The notes beneath the pieces are model-generated. The model did no database searches. It saw only the letters and a list, made by a program, of their open reading frames with translations, and was not told the DNA's origin. From the NCBI RefSeq assembly GCF_006345805.1, contig NC_043009.1:30008001-30072000 (forward strand): a stretch of 64,000 nucleotides of DNA, given 5' to 3'. Within the stretch, counting starts at the first letter, position 1. The number at the start of each line of letters is the position of its first letter. A program made the translations under genes and the position numbers. The stretch comes from Octopus sinensis (Eukaryota). This document shows, one piece after another, positions 51,831-64,000 of the stretch.

Positions 51831-53789
51831 TCCTCTCGAATTTTCTCTTCCTATTTAGAAACCGTTGTTACAACTAATATTCCTCAATTTTGGGAAGAGT
51901 ATAAAATTGCTTACAGTAAATATATATCATGTGCTGGATGACAATCTGCTGATGTGGATCTTGTCCTTGCTTCCAGAAAATTCTATAAAATATCCATTGG
52001 GGCTGACCAAAGCCCTTGCAACGTACCCTATCTGTCCTGCATAGCTTAGTTAAGAAATAACTATTATCATTGTTTTATTGCTAAATGTATGATGTGCGTT
52101 GTGTAAAAAGTTACTTCGACTTATGCTGGGTCCACGTTGTGTATTCCGTTTCTGATAAACTTTCTTTCATACCATCTCTACTATTAGTGGTCTAAAAATC
52201 AAAGCAAGGCTTTAAAAACTACTGCAGGAATGTACAAATATCATAAAGTATTTGTATCAGAGAACGCCATATAATATTTTGTTGATATCGTTCAGTTTTA
52301 TGATAGCCTTGATGGAGCAATCAGTACAACCTCGATCTCAACATTCATTATTTTCTATCAGGAAGGGAATCACCCATGTATCAAACACACCGTTCTCTTG
52401 TTTCTCCACGCGCCTTATCATATGGGGCTATCAGTAGAATGCTATTAATAACAGAACAAGTCTGGTTATTTTATTTCTTTCTTTTGTGGCTTGATGAACA
52501 ATATCAGCAATTATAAACATAGATTTATTGTTTATCTTATATTTCGGCTGCAAGCAAAAGTTCATAAATTAAATAATGTCTGTGGAGGCGCGACCATTTT
52601 TAAAGTTACGTAATGTCCCCAGTGAATATAACTACAAAACAGCTATTTCTCCATGGTATATGTAAATCCAAAACGATTTATATATAACAAGTATACTTGT
52701 TATATATAAAAAATACTGCAAGTAGAACTTTCTGAAACAGTAGATTTTATGAGGTCGGTACTTGAAGTGACAGCTCTGTACAAATGCTGGTGATATGACT
52801 GAGTTTCCTCATGATATCATTTGTGAAAATGCTTTCGGAAAGAGTCATTGGATAAACGGTGCATCAGGATGAACGTGTAAGTTCGGATGTGTTTTACCAA
52901 CTTTATGAATATAGAATCCACTGAAATATATAGTTGTGGAATCAGAGCCTAGAAAACATTTTGCAGCACAATCTTTTAGGAGCACATGGACCATTATGTA
53001 AGTCCACGAAGTGACATAATGTAGCAAATACTTTTTGTTTCCCAGATTCCAGAACTAGAGTCACCTTCGTATAGATATATACAAAGTAAGGCTATAAAAT
53101 GCTTTTAATGTCAGGTACCAGTGTTAGCGTACCTATATGTTAATAGTAAAGGTTCCTTGAAATACAGTAATGTCTGAAGACAGATATGAGCTCAATAAAG
53201 TATCACAAATCTCCGTTGAACATTTTATCAATAATAAAGACACCGGCAGCAAGACAAAAGATATGAAGAGCTGCTAAAAGTAGCTGGAAGAGTCGAGTTA
53301 AAACTACACTGCTAAATTTAGTAGGAAGAACGGGATTTTTCAATGTTCATAATGTCGTCCGCACATCTTCACAGTCAGGGAATTTTATGTAAGATATAAG
53401 GTTTAAAGGACGTTAGTTTTATTTCCCCTTTATTGCCACAATTTAATCAAGACAGTACACACGTGTGCACACGCATATGCACACAGTGAAAACACAACTA
53501 TATACATTCAAATATATATACACAATCATATCTCACTTATATACGTACATAGAGATTTCTATATCATTTATTTCGCAAGAAATGAGTCTTATTAAATTTC
53601 ACTGAAATACAATCACACTAAAAATGCGATAATGTTTATAATGGATTCAGTGCTAGGAACGAAATATAATTCACGGTTGTTTATCTCTTGTGGGTTGACG
53701 CCGAAACACGTCAACCAGGTGCAGATCTCTCGATCTCTCTTGCTATCACTTGCCCTCTCTTATTCTCTTGCTCTGACTCTCTCACTCGC

Positions 53790-53827
<38 letters not shown>

Positions 53828-54226
53828 AACATTTATATATAGATTTTTAGTTATACACGAAAATATTCGTACATATATATATATGAAGGCGCACGTGTGT
53901 GTGTGAGGGTGAGTGCGTTTGTGCTTGTGCGTGCTTCTTAATAATGGCTTAAAAGAGAATAATTACCCTGATTATCGAAACTAATCAAGTGAAAATTTGC
54001 TATATACAGTTAAAAAAAGATGATCGGATAGGAAGCTATCTTTATGACCTGATCTTTTGTGTCAATTTCTCAAGGCTATGACTGCGTGGAACCTTATATC
54101 TATGAGCTTTTAACTGAAAAGTCAATTCTTTAGCATGTCATTATAAATTCTGAGTTTTGACTTATTCGTTTCATCAAAATAAATATAGTTAATTTGTATG
54201 TAATAATGTACACTCACGCGCACGCG

Positions 54227-54268
<42 letters not shown>

Positions 54269-54682
54269 CAAACAAACACATAGGAGAGTTTGTTTTGTGA
54301 TTTGAAAACGCACCTGAATCTAAAAAGCGTGTAGTTTTTAAATAGATTTAGTTACACACCACACTAGTTCCGCAAAAATTTTGCTTATCAATTGTACAAA
54401 TGTGTGTGTGTGAGAGAGTCTGTTGTTATGCATGCGTATTTATGCATGCGTATTTATGCATGAGTGTGTGTGGGTGTGAGTCTTGTTATGCATGCGTATT
54501 TATATAAATATATATATATGTTTTTGTGTCTATATATATATTTATTTACTTATATTTATGTACAAATACATACAAATGCAAAGACGTGTGAATGAATCAG
54601 TGTTTGTACACCCCCACGCGTTCTGTATCATCTTTTCTTATATAACACGTCTTGCATTGTATATGTGGAACTTGAGACCAAT

Positions 54683-55265
54683 AAATATTGTTTTCAGTTG
54701 TGTTTGTTTGTTTGTCCGTGGACAAGATATCTCAAGAGTCGCAGGATGGATTCGGATGGAACTTTCAGCCATGTTTGGCCTCGTGACTGGCACGAAGTGA
54801 TTAGATTTTGGGATCGATCTGGTACCGGAGTAGAATTCTGGATTATTTTTTTAATATTTTCTCTACTTTAGATGTATAAGTAAAGTTTCACATGATTCTC
54901 TTGTACACGCACACACATACGCACATATACTTACAACACATTTTCCGCTTTGAGCATTACTATCCAATTTTCATTGTACATAGACACGTTTGCACGCGCG
55001 CAAACATGCCTCTCTTTTACACACACATATACTCAAACTTCAAACGCCATTTATCGGCTTTTCACTCCTTTCTTCGTTATTCATCTATCACCCCTTCCTT
55101 TCTCATTTATACGACGCTCTTTTTGCCATTTATCTCCTCTACCTTCACCTCTCACTCGGCTCATTTTATATATAAATATATACATATTTATGTGTGAGTG
55201 TGGTGTGTTGTGGTATACTTGTATATATACTTTTATACTTTTCATACTTATATATATATATATAG

Positions 55266-55325
<60 letters not shown>

Positions 55326-55598
55326 CAAGTGTGAAAAACATCCATCATTATTATATTAGGAGGTTATACATACATTTTAATATTATACAGTATACTTACA
55401 TATATACATAATTCTATACATCGATCTAAAACAACGGGATTACTAAAGAAAGACCGAAATTTAAAAAGAGAAAACCAAAAGGTTTCATGATATTCATTGA
55501 AGGATTTTATGTCAGATATTCTCATTTTAAAAATCATCTCCGGTTAATAGTTGAGAGGACGTTGGTGTTGCGTTGGCGGTGGTTTGCGCTCTCTGGGT
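54683..55598 (+). mobile_element. Possible Helentron/DINE-1-like non-autonomous element in two parts (about 54683-54870 and 55480-55598)
   Basis: 5' part ttgttttcag.tgtgtttgtttgtttgtcc...ggatggattcggatggaacttt...gattagattttgggatcgat; 3' part ...gttgcgttggcggtggtttgcgctctctg. Recognised from memory of this architecture only. Confidence 0.45.
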
Positions 55599-55671
55599 CT
55601 TCTTCTTCTTCTTCTTCTTCTTCTTCTTCTTCTTCTTCTTCTTCTTCTTCTTCTTCTTCTTTTCTCTTCTT

Positions 55672-55734
<63 letters not shown>

Positions 55735-55842
55735 TCTACTTCTTCCTCTTCTTCCCCTTCTTCTTTTCTTCTTCGTCACTCTCTTCTTCTTCTTCTTCTT
55801 CTTCTCCTTCTTCTTCTTCTTCCTCTTCTTCTTCTTCTTCTA

Positions 55843-55881
<39 letters not shown>

Positions 55882-55904
55882 GGTAATACTATCATCATCA
55901 TCAT

Positions 55905-55960
<56 letters not shown>
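55597..55960. repeat. (CTT)n-(ATT)n-(ATC)n compound triplet array
   Basis: Seen directly; explains ORFs 55487-56049. Confidence 0.95.
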
Positions 55961-55961
<1 letters not shown>

Positions 55962-56480
55962 GACATCATTAACTTCTATCTTCTGTTGTCTTTATCTTTT
56001 TCCACCGCCTTCTTTAACCCTTACCCCGTCCCTGACTCTACTTCTTTAATATTTCAATAGAGATACGTGACATATAATGCTTACGATTGTTCTTTTGATC
56101 ATCGTAATTTAGAAAGTCAGAAATAGATTCTACTGCAAAATGACGTCTTGGTGACCCGAAGATTTATTGCTGAAATCTTACATAATGCGTTTCTAATTAG
56201 TTTGTAGTTTATCATCGTCAACCTAAGTAACGGACAATTAGCTTGTTCGCCAAACATCACATGCATTTATCAAATGAACGGTACTAAGTAAAAAAAAAGG
56301 AACAAGGAAAACAAAAGATAAATAGAAAAAAAAACGTGAAAATAATATAAATACTTAAACAGATGCTAATTTACGGACTCTGCTACATTCATTTGACTAA
56401 ATCTTCCAGGGGCACCGGAGAAACTGTTTTTTAAGACAGATAATATCAGTTAGACTAGTAGATGTTTATGTAGATGTGTA

Positions 56481-56526
<46 letters not shown>

Positions 56527-56557
56527 ACATACACACCCACACACATATATATATATA

Positions 56558-57568
56558 TTAAGGTATGTAGAAAAATACAACATGGACAAGAACGTATAAC
56601 TCTTAGAAGACGACACATAACACGACAGGACACTCGAAACCCTCAATCTTCAGTCAAGAACGGATCTCTCGTAGTAATTTCGGCTGATAATCTTGAGATT
56701 AGAGGATCGATGCATACGAACACCAGGACAGCAAAAGGGACAGATATAAAAAAACAAAAAACAATAATGATACAGAAACATGAAATACAGAAGCATTAAA
56801 CGGTGAAAACAACAAGTGTCTTACGACTGATAACAAGCAACAAATTTTTTCTCTGGCGCATTGGAAGAAGCCTTTATAGCGGCGGACGAAAAACAACGAT
56901 GTTAACACGACGAGGGTCAGGAGCTGAAAGGCAGATTTCGTCCAACAGTCCACGTGACAGAAGAGGAAAAGAAAAGAAAGAGAAGCAAAGGAAGAGAGAG
57001 AGAGAGAGGACAAACGCACAAGAGAGAGAAGAGAGAGAAGAAGGAATCAGAGAGGAGAAGGGATGGGTGTCGAAGAATGACCTGTGAGTGCAGAGCGAGA
57101 CAAAGAAATAGGAGGGTAGTGGAAGACTAGACCAAAGAATCAGAGGAAAGAGAAGAGAAAAAGAGGATGAGTAGAGAGAAAAGAGAGAGAGGGGGACAGA
57201 TCAAGTAAAAATGAGAGAGAGAGAGAAGACAAACAGAGAGTCTACCAATTATTAAGATATGTGCTCACCTTATGATAAGGGGGGGTACGGGCGCCTGGAA
57301 TATATGTTAAGGTATGTAGAAAAATACAACATGGACAAGACGTATACTCTTAGAAGACGACACAATAACACGGACAGGACACTCGAAACCCTCAGTCTTC
57401 AGTCAAGAACCGGATCATCGTAGTAATTTCGGCTGATTAATCTTGAGATTACTAGATCACGGCCAGCCCTCCAAGAAAAACTAAGCAACGAGCATTAGAA
57501 AAACTAAGCTGGAAGCGTAGATTTCCTGGAAGAAGGATCGAATGCATACGAACACCAGGACAGCAAAA
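56558..57568 (-). repeat. Direct repeat of family G (56558-56736 and 57307-57568) around a purine-rich GA tract
   Basis: Both copies start ttaaggtatgtagaaaaatacaacatggacaag and end gcatacgaacaccaggacagcaaaa; the second has about 80 bp extra. Confidence 0.85.
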
Positions 57569-58138
57569 ATATATATACATATATTTATACTCACACATAT
57601 GTATATACATATAATAATATAAATAATATATAAATATATGCATATATACATACGTATATGTACATATCTACATATATATGTATATATATGCATATATGGG
57701 TACAGGACATCAAAAAACAGGCAGAATGAGAACTGAGAACATAACAAAAACATAGAAAATGAAAATTTTTTTTAACAACGAAGAAAACGAACAGAGAAAC
57801 GTGACATGTAACATAAAGAAAATTCCTTTCATCATTTGGCCCCTGTTTTATATACTCCGCCTTTCAAAGATAAGAACAAGACACGATTTCGTTAACACAG
57901 TCCTTCCCAAGAAAGCAAATTAAATACAATTTGGGATTTTTTGCGGAGGGTCAAAGTTGTAACAAAAACAGGACAGTGAGAACAAAACAGTAGAAACAAA
58001 CTGTGAGGGCTGTTAAGCCTATACAATGTAAAGTTATGAACGCTGGAAAAACGAACTTTGAGGAGAGACAGATAAAAGCACATCTTTTCATTAGGAAGGA
58101 ATATATATGTGTGCGTGTGCGCGCGCGCGTATGTGTAT

Positions 58139-58237
58139 TGGTGTAGTGGTTAAGAGCGCAGGCTACTAACACCAAGATTCCGAGTTCGATTCCAGTCAGT
58201 AACCTGATTAATAATAATGATGATGATGATGATGATG

Positions 58238-58306
<69 letters not shown>

Positions 58307-58502
58307 TAATAATAATAATATCAAAAAGTACCTTAGGAATGAGAACCCAGGTTCGAAATTTCCCCAAGACACCTGATGAAGATTGGCGGGTATATCAGCC
58401 GAAACGTTGTGTTAACAGCAAACAAGATAAGGACAAATATCCGTCAAATGTAAATAATGTAAATAATTTACATATTTCCTCATCTCTTAAATATAGAACA
58501 GT
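58139..58502 (+). mobile_element. SINE family C: tRNA-like head + (AAT)n + tail with hammerhead motif
   Basis: A box tggtgtagtgg and B box gttcgattcc (58139-58200), (GAT/AAT)n (58208-58320), tail ending tgtaaataatgtaaataa...ctcttaaatatagaac. Confidence 0.9.
58368..58413 (+). ncRNA. Minimal type I hammerhead motif inside SINE family C
   Basis: gacac-CTGATGA (58373-79)-a-gattg...cagcc-GAAAC (58401-05)-GTT-gtgtt. Stem I gacac/gtgtt; the 12.4 kb copy has the perfect stem II ggctg/cagcc. Confidence 0.65.
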
Positions 58503-60199
58503 ATTCTTAAGCTATTCTATCTAAAACACAACTTAGATATTTTTCATATTGATTCATATCTGGATGGTATCTTAGACCGCCATATTAATTTTCCTGAATG
58601 ACTTGGACATCTGGCTCCATCAGATCCAGATACCCATCCTTATCCAAAATTGACCCAATCTACAGAGATGAAGTGATCGAGCCCAGTGCTGGTATGACAC
58701 TCATCGCCCAAGAATGATAAAATGTGGAGATGAACTCATTGTAATTTGAATTTAGAGAGCAGTGACCCAGGATGAAGACGGTGAGTATTCTATGTAGCAC
58801 TTTAACAATTCCACCACCTTACAGTCCTTATATTTATTTTCATTTTGTGCTTAATATCAGCAATGTTGAGGTGTGTGAGGCGGGTATATCGATTACACCA
58901 ACTGTGATACTTGATTTGCACTTTATTTTATTGATCCCGGAATGATAAAATCACAAGTCACACGGACGGAGCAGAATAGCAGAAACTTTTGATTCTCTAC
59001 AATTTATGAGGGTTGATTTCTTTCTATTTCTCTTTCTGTGTCCCCATCTCTTTCACACACTAACACATACACTCTTTCCCCGTTTGAATAACAACATATA
59101 TACTAGCTAATGATGACGAAAATATTTTGTAAGTATGCATATGAAAGTACGTGTGAGTTGATTAATGCGTAGATAGGTGGTGTGTGGTGTAGGTGCGTGT
59201 AGTTTCTGGGTGTTTGTGATTATGAATATTTGTATGTATATGCATGTGAGTATGTGCGGGACTATGAATGTAAAACACACAAAGGAAAACTAGAAAGAGT
59301 ATGCTGTTTTCCGTGGCCTTAGAATGAATGGAACAGCTTGCGAGACAGACATTAAGCATTCGAAAATTTATATTCTAACGTAAGTCCACCATTATGGAGA
59401 TTCGGTAAAGATAAGCTGTAATTCAGAGGTATGAAATAATATAAAGATTATTTTAACTATATACTATTGACTTTATCCGTAATCCTAAAGAGTTATCAAG
59501 TGCTATGAAGGTCAAACAAGTACAATATTTTCGGCTGTGAAATACTTAGCTATACTTGACTGAACATTTCTTTATTATTTTATTGGAGTTTTACACTGAA
59601 ATGGCTCCAAAGACGCGTATCACGTCAGTATATGTTTATTAGAGATCGTTAGTCTTATAATCATTTGAATAGTTGAGTTGGACGGCTAGCTGGTTGGTGT
59701 TTGTTTGGTTAGTTGGTTTCGAGGGAATGATTGCGTTTAAGATGTGGGGCACTGAGTAACTAAACACTATATTAATTATGTAAAGTGTTTTTAAATTCAT
59801 AGATCTTCATTGAAAGATGAAAAAGAAATAAATTATGCAACATAAATGTATAAATGGAGAGGATGGAGGTGAGATGTATCTCAAACTTCTTCGGATGTTT
59901 GCCTGCGTGCCTCTACAACGTGAGGTATCACAGCAATTTAAAGACAACTCCGGATTTCGGTTTAGAACTAAATAACACTGGAAATATTGTATTTTCTGTT
60001 ATTCTGAAATTTTCTTAAAATCGTTTTAATCTTTGGACGACTGCCATATTCCACCAGCACCTTAAGTAGTAGTCAAATTCAATGAATCAACACATTATTA
60101 TATTCTAATCCTTGTACGTGTTAATCGGGATGTTTTACGAACCGCTAATCTATGGAATGCAACCTAACCTACGGTGTCATACATAACAGCTGTACATTC

Positions 60200-60476
60200 A
60201 CAGTCGTGAATTCAATTCTCGGCAAGGCGTTGTGCCCTTAAGCAAGACACTTTATTTCCCGTTGCTCCAGCCCACTAAGCTGGCAAATATGAGTAGTAAT
60301 TGCATTTGAAAGGGTCAGCTTTGTCACATTCTGTGTCACGCTGAATCTCTCTGACAGCTACGTTAACGGTACACGTGTCTGTGGAGTGCTCAGCCACTTG
60401 CACGTTAATTTCACAAGCAAGCTGTTCCGTGATCGTATCAGCTGAGACCCTCACCGTCGTAACCGACGGAGTGCTC
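60200..60476 (+). mobile_element. SINE family D, older copy with degraded head
   Basis: gttgtgcccttaagcaagacactttatttcc...gggtcagc...acacgtgtctgtgga...caagctgttcc...gtcgtaaccgacggagt aligns with the reverse complement of 306-636. Confidence 0.85.
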
Positions 60477-60490
60477 ATTTCCTTCCTTCT

Positions 60491-60543
<53 letters not shown>

Positions 60544-60972
60544 GGTACATTTCTACACAATTTCCTTTTACCAGATTCCTTCGGGAGTATTGATCGCTCC
60601 CAAACTAAATAAATGGTACCCAAAATGCTGCGCCGTGGAACAAGAACCGAAATCACATTTGCAAGGAGAGCATCCAAACGAAGTAGCTATGCTTTCACTA
60701 ATATACATTTCGAAAGCAAATATATACAATGGACTTTATTTACACATTACTATTTATCCGTTTTCACAAAGGTCAAATTTAAACTTTACACACACGGCCG
60801 CACGTGCACGAATTGTAATATATATGGAACCAACCAGACTATTGGATGTTGCTTATGCATTATTAGACAAGATGTGCTTTGCACCGTTATAGCTTTTGAA
60901 TGATGCCACCTTACTGGCTTGGCGAAGAGGCCAACATTCACTGAAGAGGCCAATGTAACTACATGTGGATAG

Positions 60973-61391
60973 CTGGCGATTTTCTCCCTCCGTCTTCCTT
61001 CTCTGTTGGACTTTACACTGTCTCTTGTATCTGAAGAAAAGCTTTGCTTGAAATGTAAAACACCTTTTCTTTCCTTTCCTGATCTTCTTTTAAAACTCTG
61101 CATGTACCACGTCTTTGCCTTGCTGTTTTTGCTTGTGTTTTTCCTTCGTTTTTTTTTATTAATCATATATATATGTGTGTGTGTGTGTGTGTGACCGCGT
61201 GTGTACCGTTGGCGATTTTTTTCCCTCTGTCTTCCCTTCTTTGGATCTTTCCCTTTCCTATGTATCTGACGAAGAGCTCCGCTCGAAACGTTAAACCCTC
61301 CTTATTTCCTTCTTTCCTGGGCATCCATAATACTATACATGTTCCACGTCCTCGCGTTGTTGTGTTTTCTCTTTGTGTTTTCATGTTTGGA

Positions 61392-61397
<6 letters not shown>
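60973..61397 (+). mobile_element. Two diverged tandem Penelope-like/retrozyme-like units, each with a hammerhead core
   Basis: Unit 1 (60973-61165): CTGAAGA-a-aagc/ttt/gctt-GAAAT-GTA (61031-61057). Unit 2 (61192-61397): CTGACGA-a-gagc/tcc/gctc-GAAAC-GTT (61266-61292). Shared tggcgattttt.tccctc.gtcttcc upstream. Confidence 0.75.
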
Positions 61398-61423
<26 letters not shown>

Positions 61424-61794
61424 GATATATATATATATATATGCTCTGTGTGTGTGTGCTTATTCTGCACATAATATTTACATGCATGGACTGGAATGAA
61501 TCCCAGTGAGAGATTAGTAGCCAAGTTGGCAGTGGGGGTGACGAGTTAGGAATGATTGCTAAATAATACGTTTTAACGAAGCTGGAGGTGGAGGAGTTGG
61601 GAATAGCAAAACAGAGAAGCTATAGAATCAATGAGACCGCGGCTTTTCAAAAAATTGTAGTTACTGTTAACGTGACATGATTCCACAGTTCCTTATACAC
61701 GTACGATGGTAGGCAAGTAAACGCCACACACACAAAAGCGTAATATTATATGTATATACATATATGGGAGTGTGTGTGTAAGTATAACAATACA

Positions 61795-61865
<71 letters not shown>

Positions 61866-61866
61866 A

Positions 61867-61922
<56 letters not shown>

Positions 61923-61962
61923 CCTATCTATCTATCTATATATCTGTCTGTCTGTCTGTCTA

Positions 61963-62033
<71 letters not shown>

Positions 62034-62253
62034 GCACAATATGAAGTTTTCACGCATATCATAGTCCTAACTCTGCTTCAGCGCATGCGTCTGAAAAAAC
62101 ACACATACATACATGTGTGTGTGTGTTGGTGTATACCTGAATTTATATATATATATATATATATAAATATATATACATATATATATTTATATATATAAAT
62201 ATATATATATATGTATATACATATATATAATGTACATATATTTAATATATATA

Positions 62254-62286
<33 letters not shown>

Positions 62287-62738
62287 TATATATTATATAT
62301 ATATATATATATATAATATATATATATATATTATATATATATATATATATATATGGAATACAGCGCGCACAAAACCTTGTCCTCTGATAAAGAATGAGTT
62401 TGCATTCATGCTCCATCTAAGCCGTTTAGTAAACATGTCTTGCCCTAACTAGTTGCCAATTCATGATTCAAATACACAGAGCGATTTCTATGAGCAGACA
62501 TTGATTTTTGTTGCAGTTGCACTTAGTCCCATTCCCATAATTGTACAGACTGTAAATTAGACATTATTGCCAATCTATCAAAGGAATATTTGCATTAGTC
62601 GTCGATTGGATTAAGCATGCGGTCATCTGGTTCAGAGTTTACAGACTTTTAATTATTTTTGTCATTTATACACACACACACAATACACACACACAAAACA
62701 CACACACGCATATATATATATCTATCTATCTATCTATA

Positions 62739-62792
<54 letters not shown>

Positions 62793-62913
62793 AATATATA
62801 CATATATGTGCGGAAGCATGTGCGCCTATGTACGCATACATACATACATATATTCACATATAGGCATATATATATATATATATATATATATTAGATATAT
62901 ATATATATATATA

Positions 62914-63521
62914 ATTATATAAAAGGGCTTAGTAAAATAAATTACTTTGCCGCATACTGAACTCATTAGAAATAGCAGCTAAAAAACTTTTTAAAAACTA
63001 TTTCTAATACTTAAAGAAAACCTCTCTCATATAGTGTTTGCTAAATTCAACTCACGAAAGTATGGGGGTAAGAGACATTAAAAAATCAAATGCAAAGGTT
63101 ATTTGAGAACGTACGTTTCAAGATTAGTCAAACTCAACATTTCTATCATCAGCTCAGAACTCCCTGGTTTGGATTGAAAACACTGAAAGTGGGAGCATAC
63201 CCTTTCGGCTTCTTATCGCTTCTGAAGATCTGCTCGAAACTAACAGTGCAACAAACTCAAAAATGCAAGCGAAGAATTTCTGCTCTCCTCTTTCCACCAG
63301 CGTGGGTTAAAATCATAAACACTATGCTTTTTTCGGTAAAATCCGAGGCATTATATAGAGAGAGATGAATTATAATTTCACCAATTGAGGGTAAAATTAA
63401 TTAATAATCAATTTCACCAAGTATTCAGTATGCAAAGGGACCATTTAAGGCGAATTCAAATTATTACATTATATAAAGGGCTTAGTAAAATAAATTACTT
63501 TGCCGCATACTGAAATCATTA
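62914..63521 (-). mobile_element. Penelope-like non-autonomous element with ~55-bp terminal direct repeats and an internal hammerhead motif
   Basis: Direct repeats 62914-62968 / 63468-63521 (1 indel, 1 mismatch). Minus-strand tgag-CTGATGA...GAAAC-gtac-GTT-ctca at 63104-63156. Confidence 0.65.
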
Positions 63522-64000
63522 ACTATAAGTTATTGCTCTACAGACAAATATAGTTACCTTTATTAAATACCACTCAAAATATATGTTCGTGTCCTTAACG
63601 ATAATATGTGGGAAGATTTAATCAAAGACGACAGTGTTCAGGATTAATATTGTTACCAAAAGGCAATAGCTTATGGTAATCTATAGAATAGTCATTATAT
63701 TTCCTTTGATGTTAATATATATGCTTGATTTGTATTTCGCTTTGTCTGCCTCTGATGTTGCTAATTAATAAGAGCGGCATGTCACGCAGTCATAAATGTT
63801 GGACCGGCGTGTATGGAGCAGAGAGTATTCTTAATACATTTGTGAAACACATTATGTTTTCTCATAGGCTGATACTGAAACAACGATTCGTTTCTTTCAG
63901 CTGGATTCCCGGCTCTTTATATATATGTATACACACACACACACACGCATACTTACACACATATTCATACATATACTGATACACACATATGAGATGTGTC

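Noticed and set aside
58139-58205. tRNA gene calls here and at about 560-636, 12555-12629, 15778-15850 and 45078-45140
   Set aside because: A/B boxes are present but acceptor stems are incomplete, and each continues into SINE body sequence; they are SINE heads.

Overview
Strongly AT-rich, microsatellite-dense animal genomic DNA. The repeat families look like those of Octopus; this is an inference from recognising the repeats, not a database result. I find no protein-coding gene I can support, and nearly all ORFs in the track are translations of simple repeats. Best exon candidates: 65 nt at 50539-50603 (+) and, weaker, 92 nt at 5386-5477 (+). The window is a mosaic of mobile elements. There are four tRNA-derived SINE families (my labels A-D), several with 13-21 bp target-site duplications (TSDs). 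LINE fragments include an RTE 3' end, an R4/Dong-like endonuclease end and a HERO/NeSL-like pre-RT segment. DNA elements include two deleted Tc1/mariner copies, hAT-type MITEs, a canonical non-autonomous Helitron and a long-arm foldback MITE. The most interesting signal is a set of minimal type I hammerhead ribozyme motifs (CTGAnGA-stem II-GAAA-palindromic stem III-NUH) in short Penelope-like terminal repeats sitting in (TA)n tracts: six exact cores, one single-mismatch core and three degenerate relics. Highlights are a tRNA-headed SINE carrying such a hammerhead in its tail (58.1 kb, plus a rearranged copy at 12.3 kb), a tandem pair with a covarying stem II (61 kb), and two perfect foldback palindromes (63-bp and 43-bp arms) at 46.2-46.8 kb.
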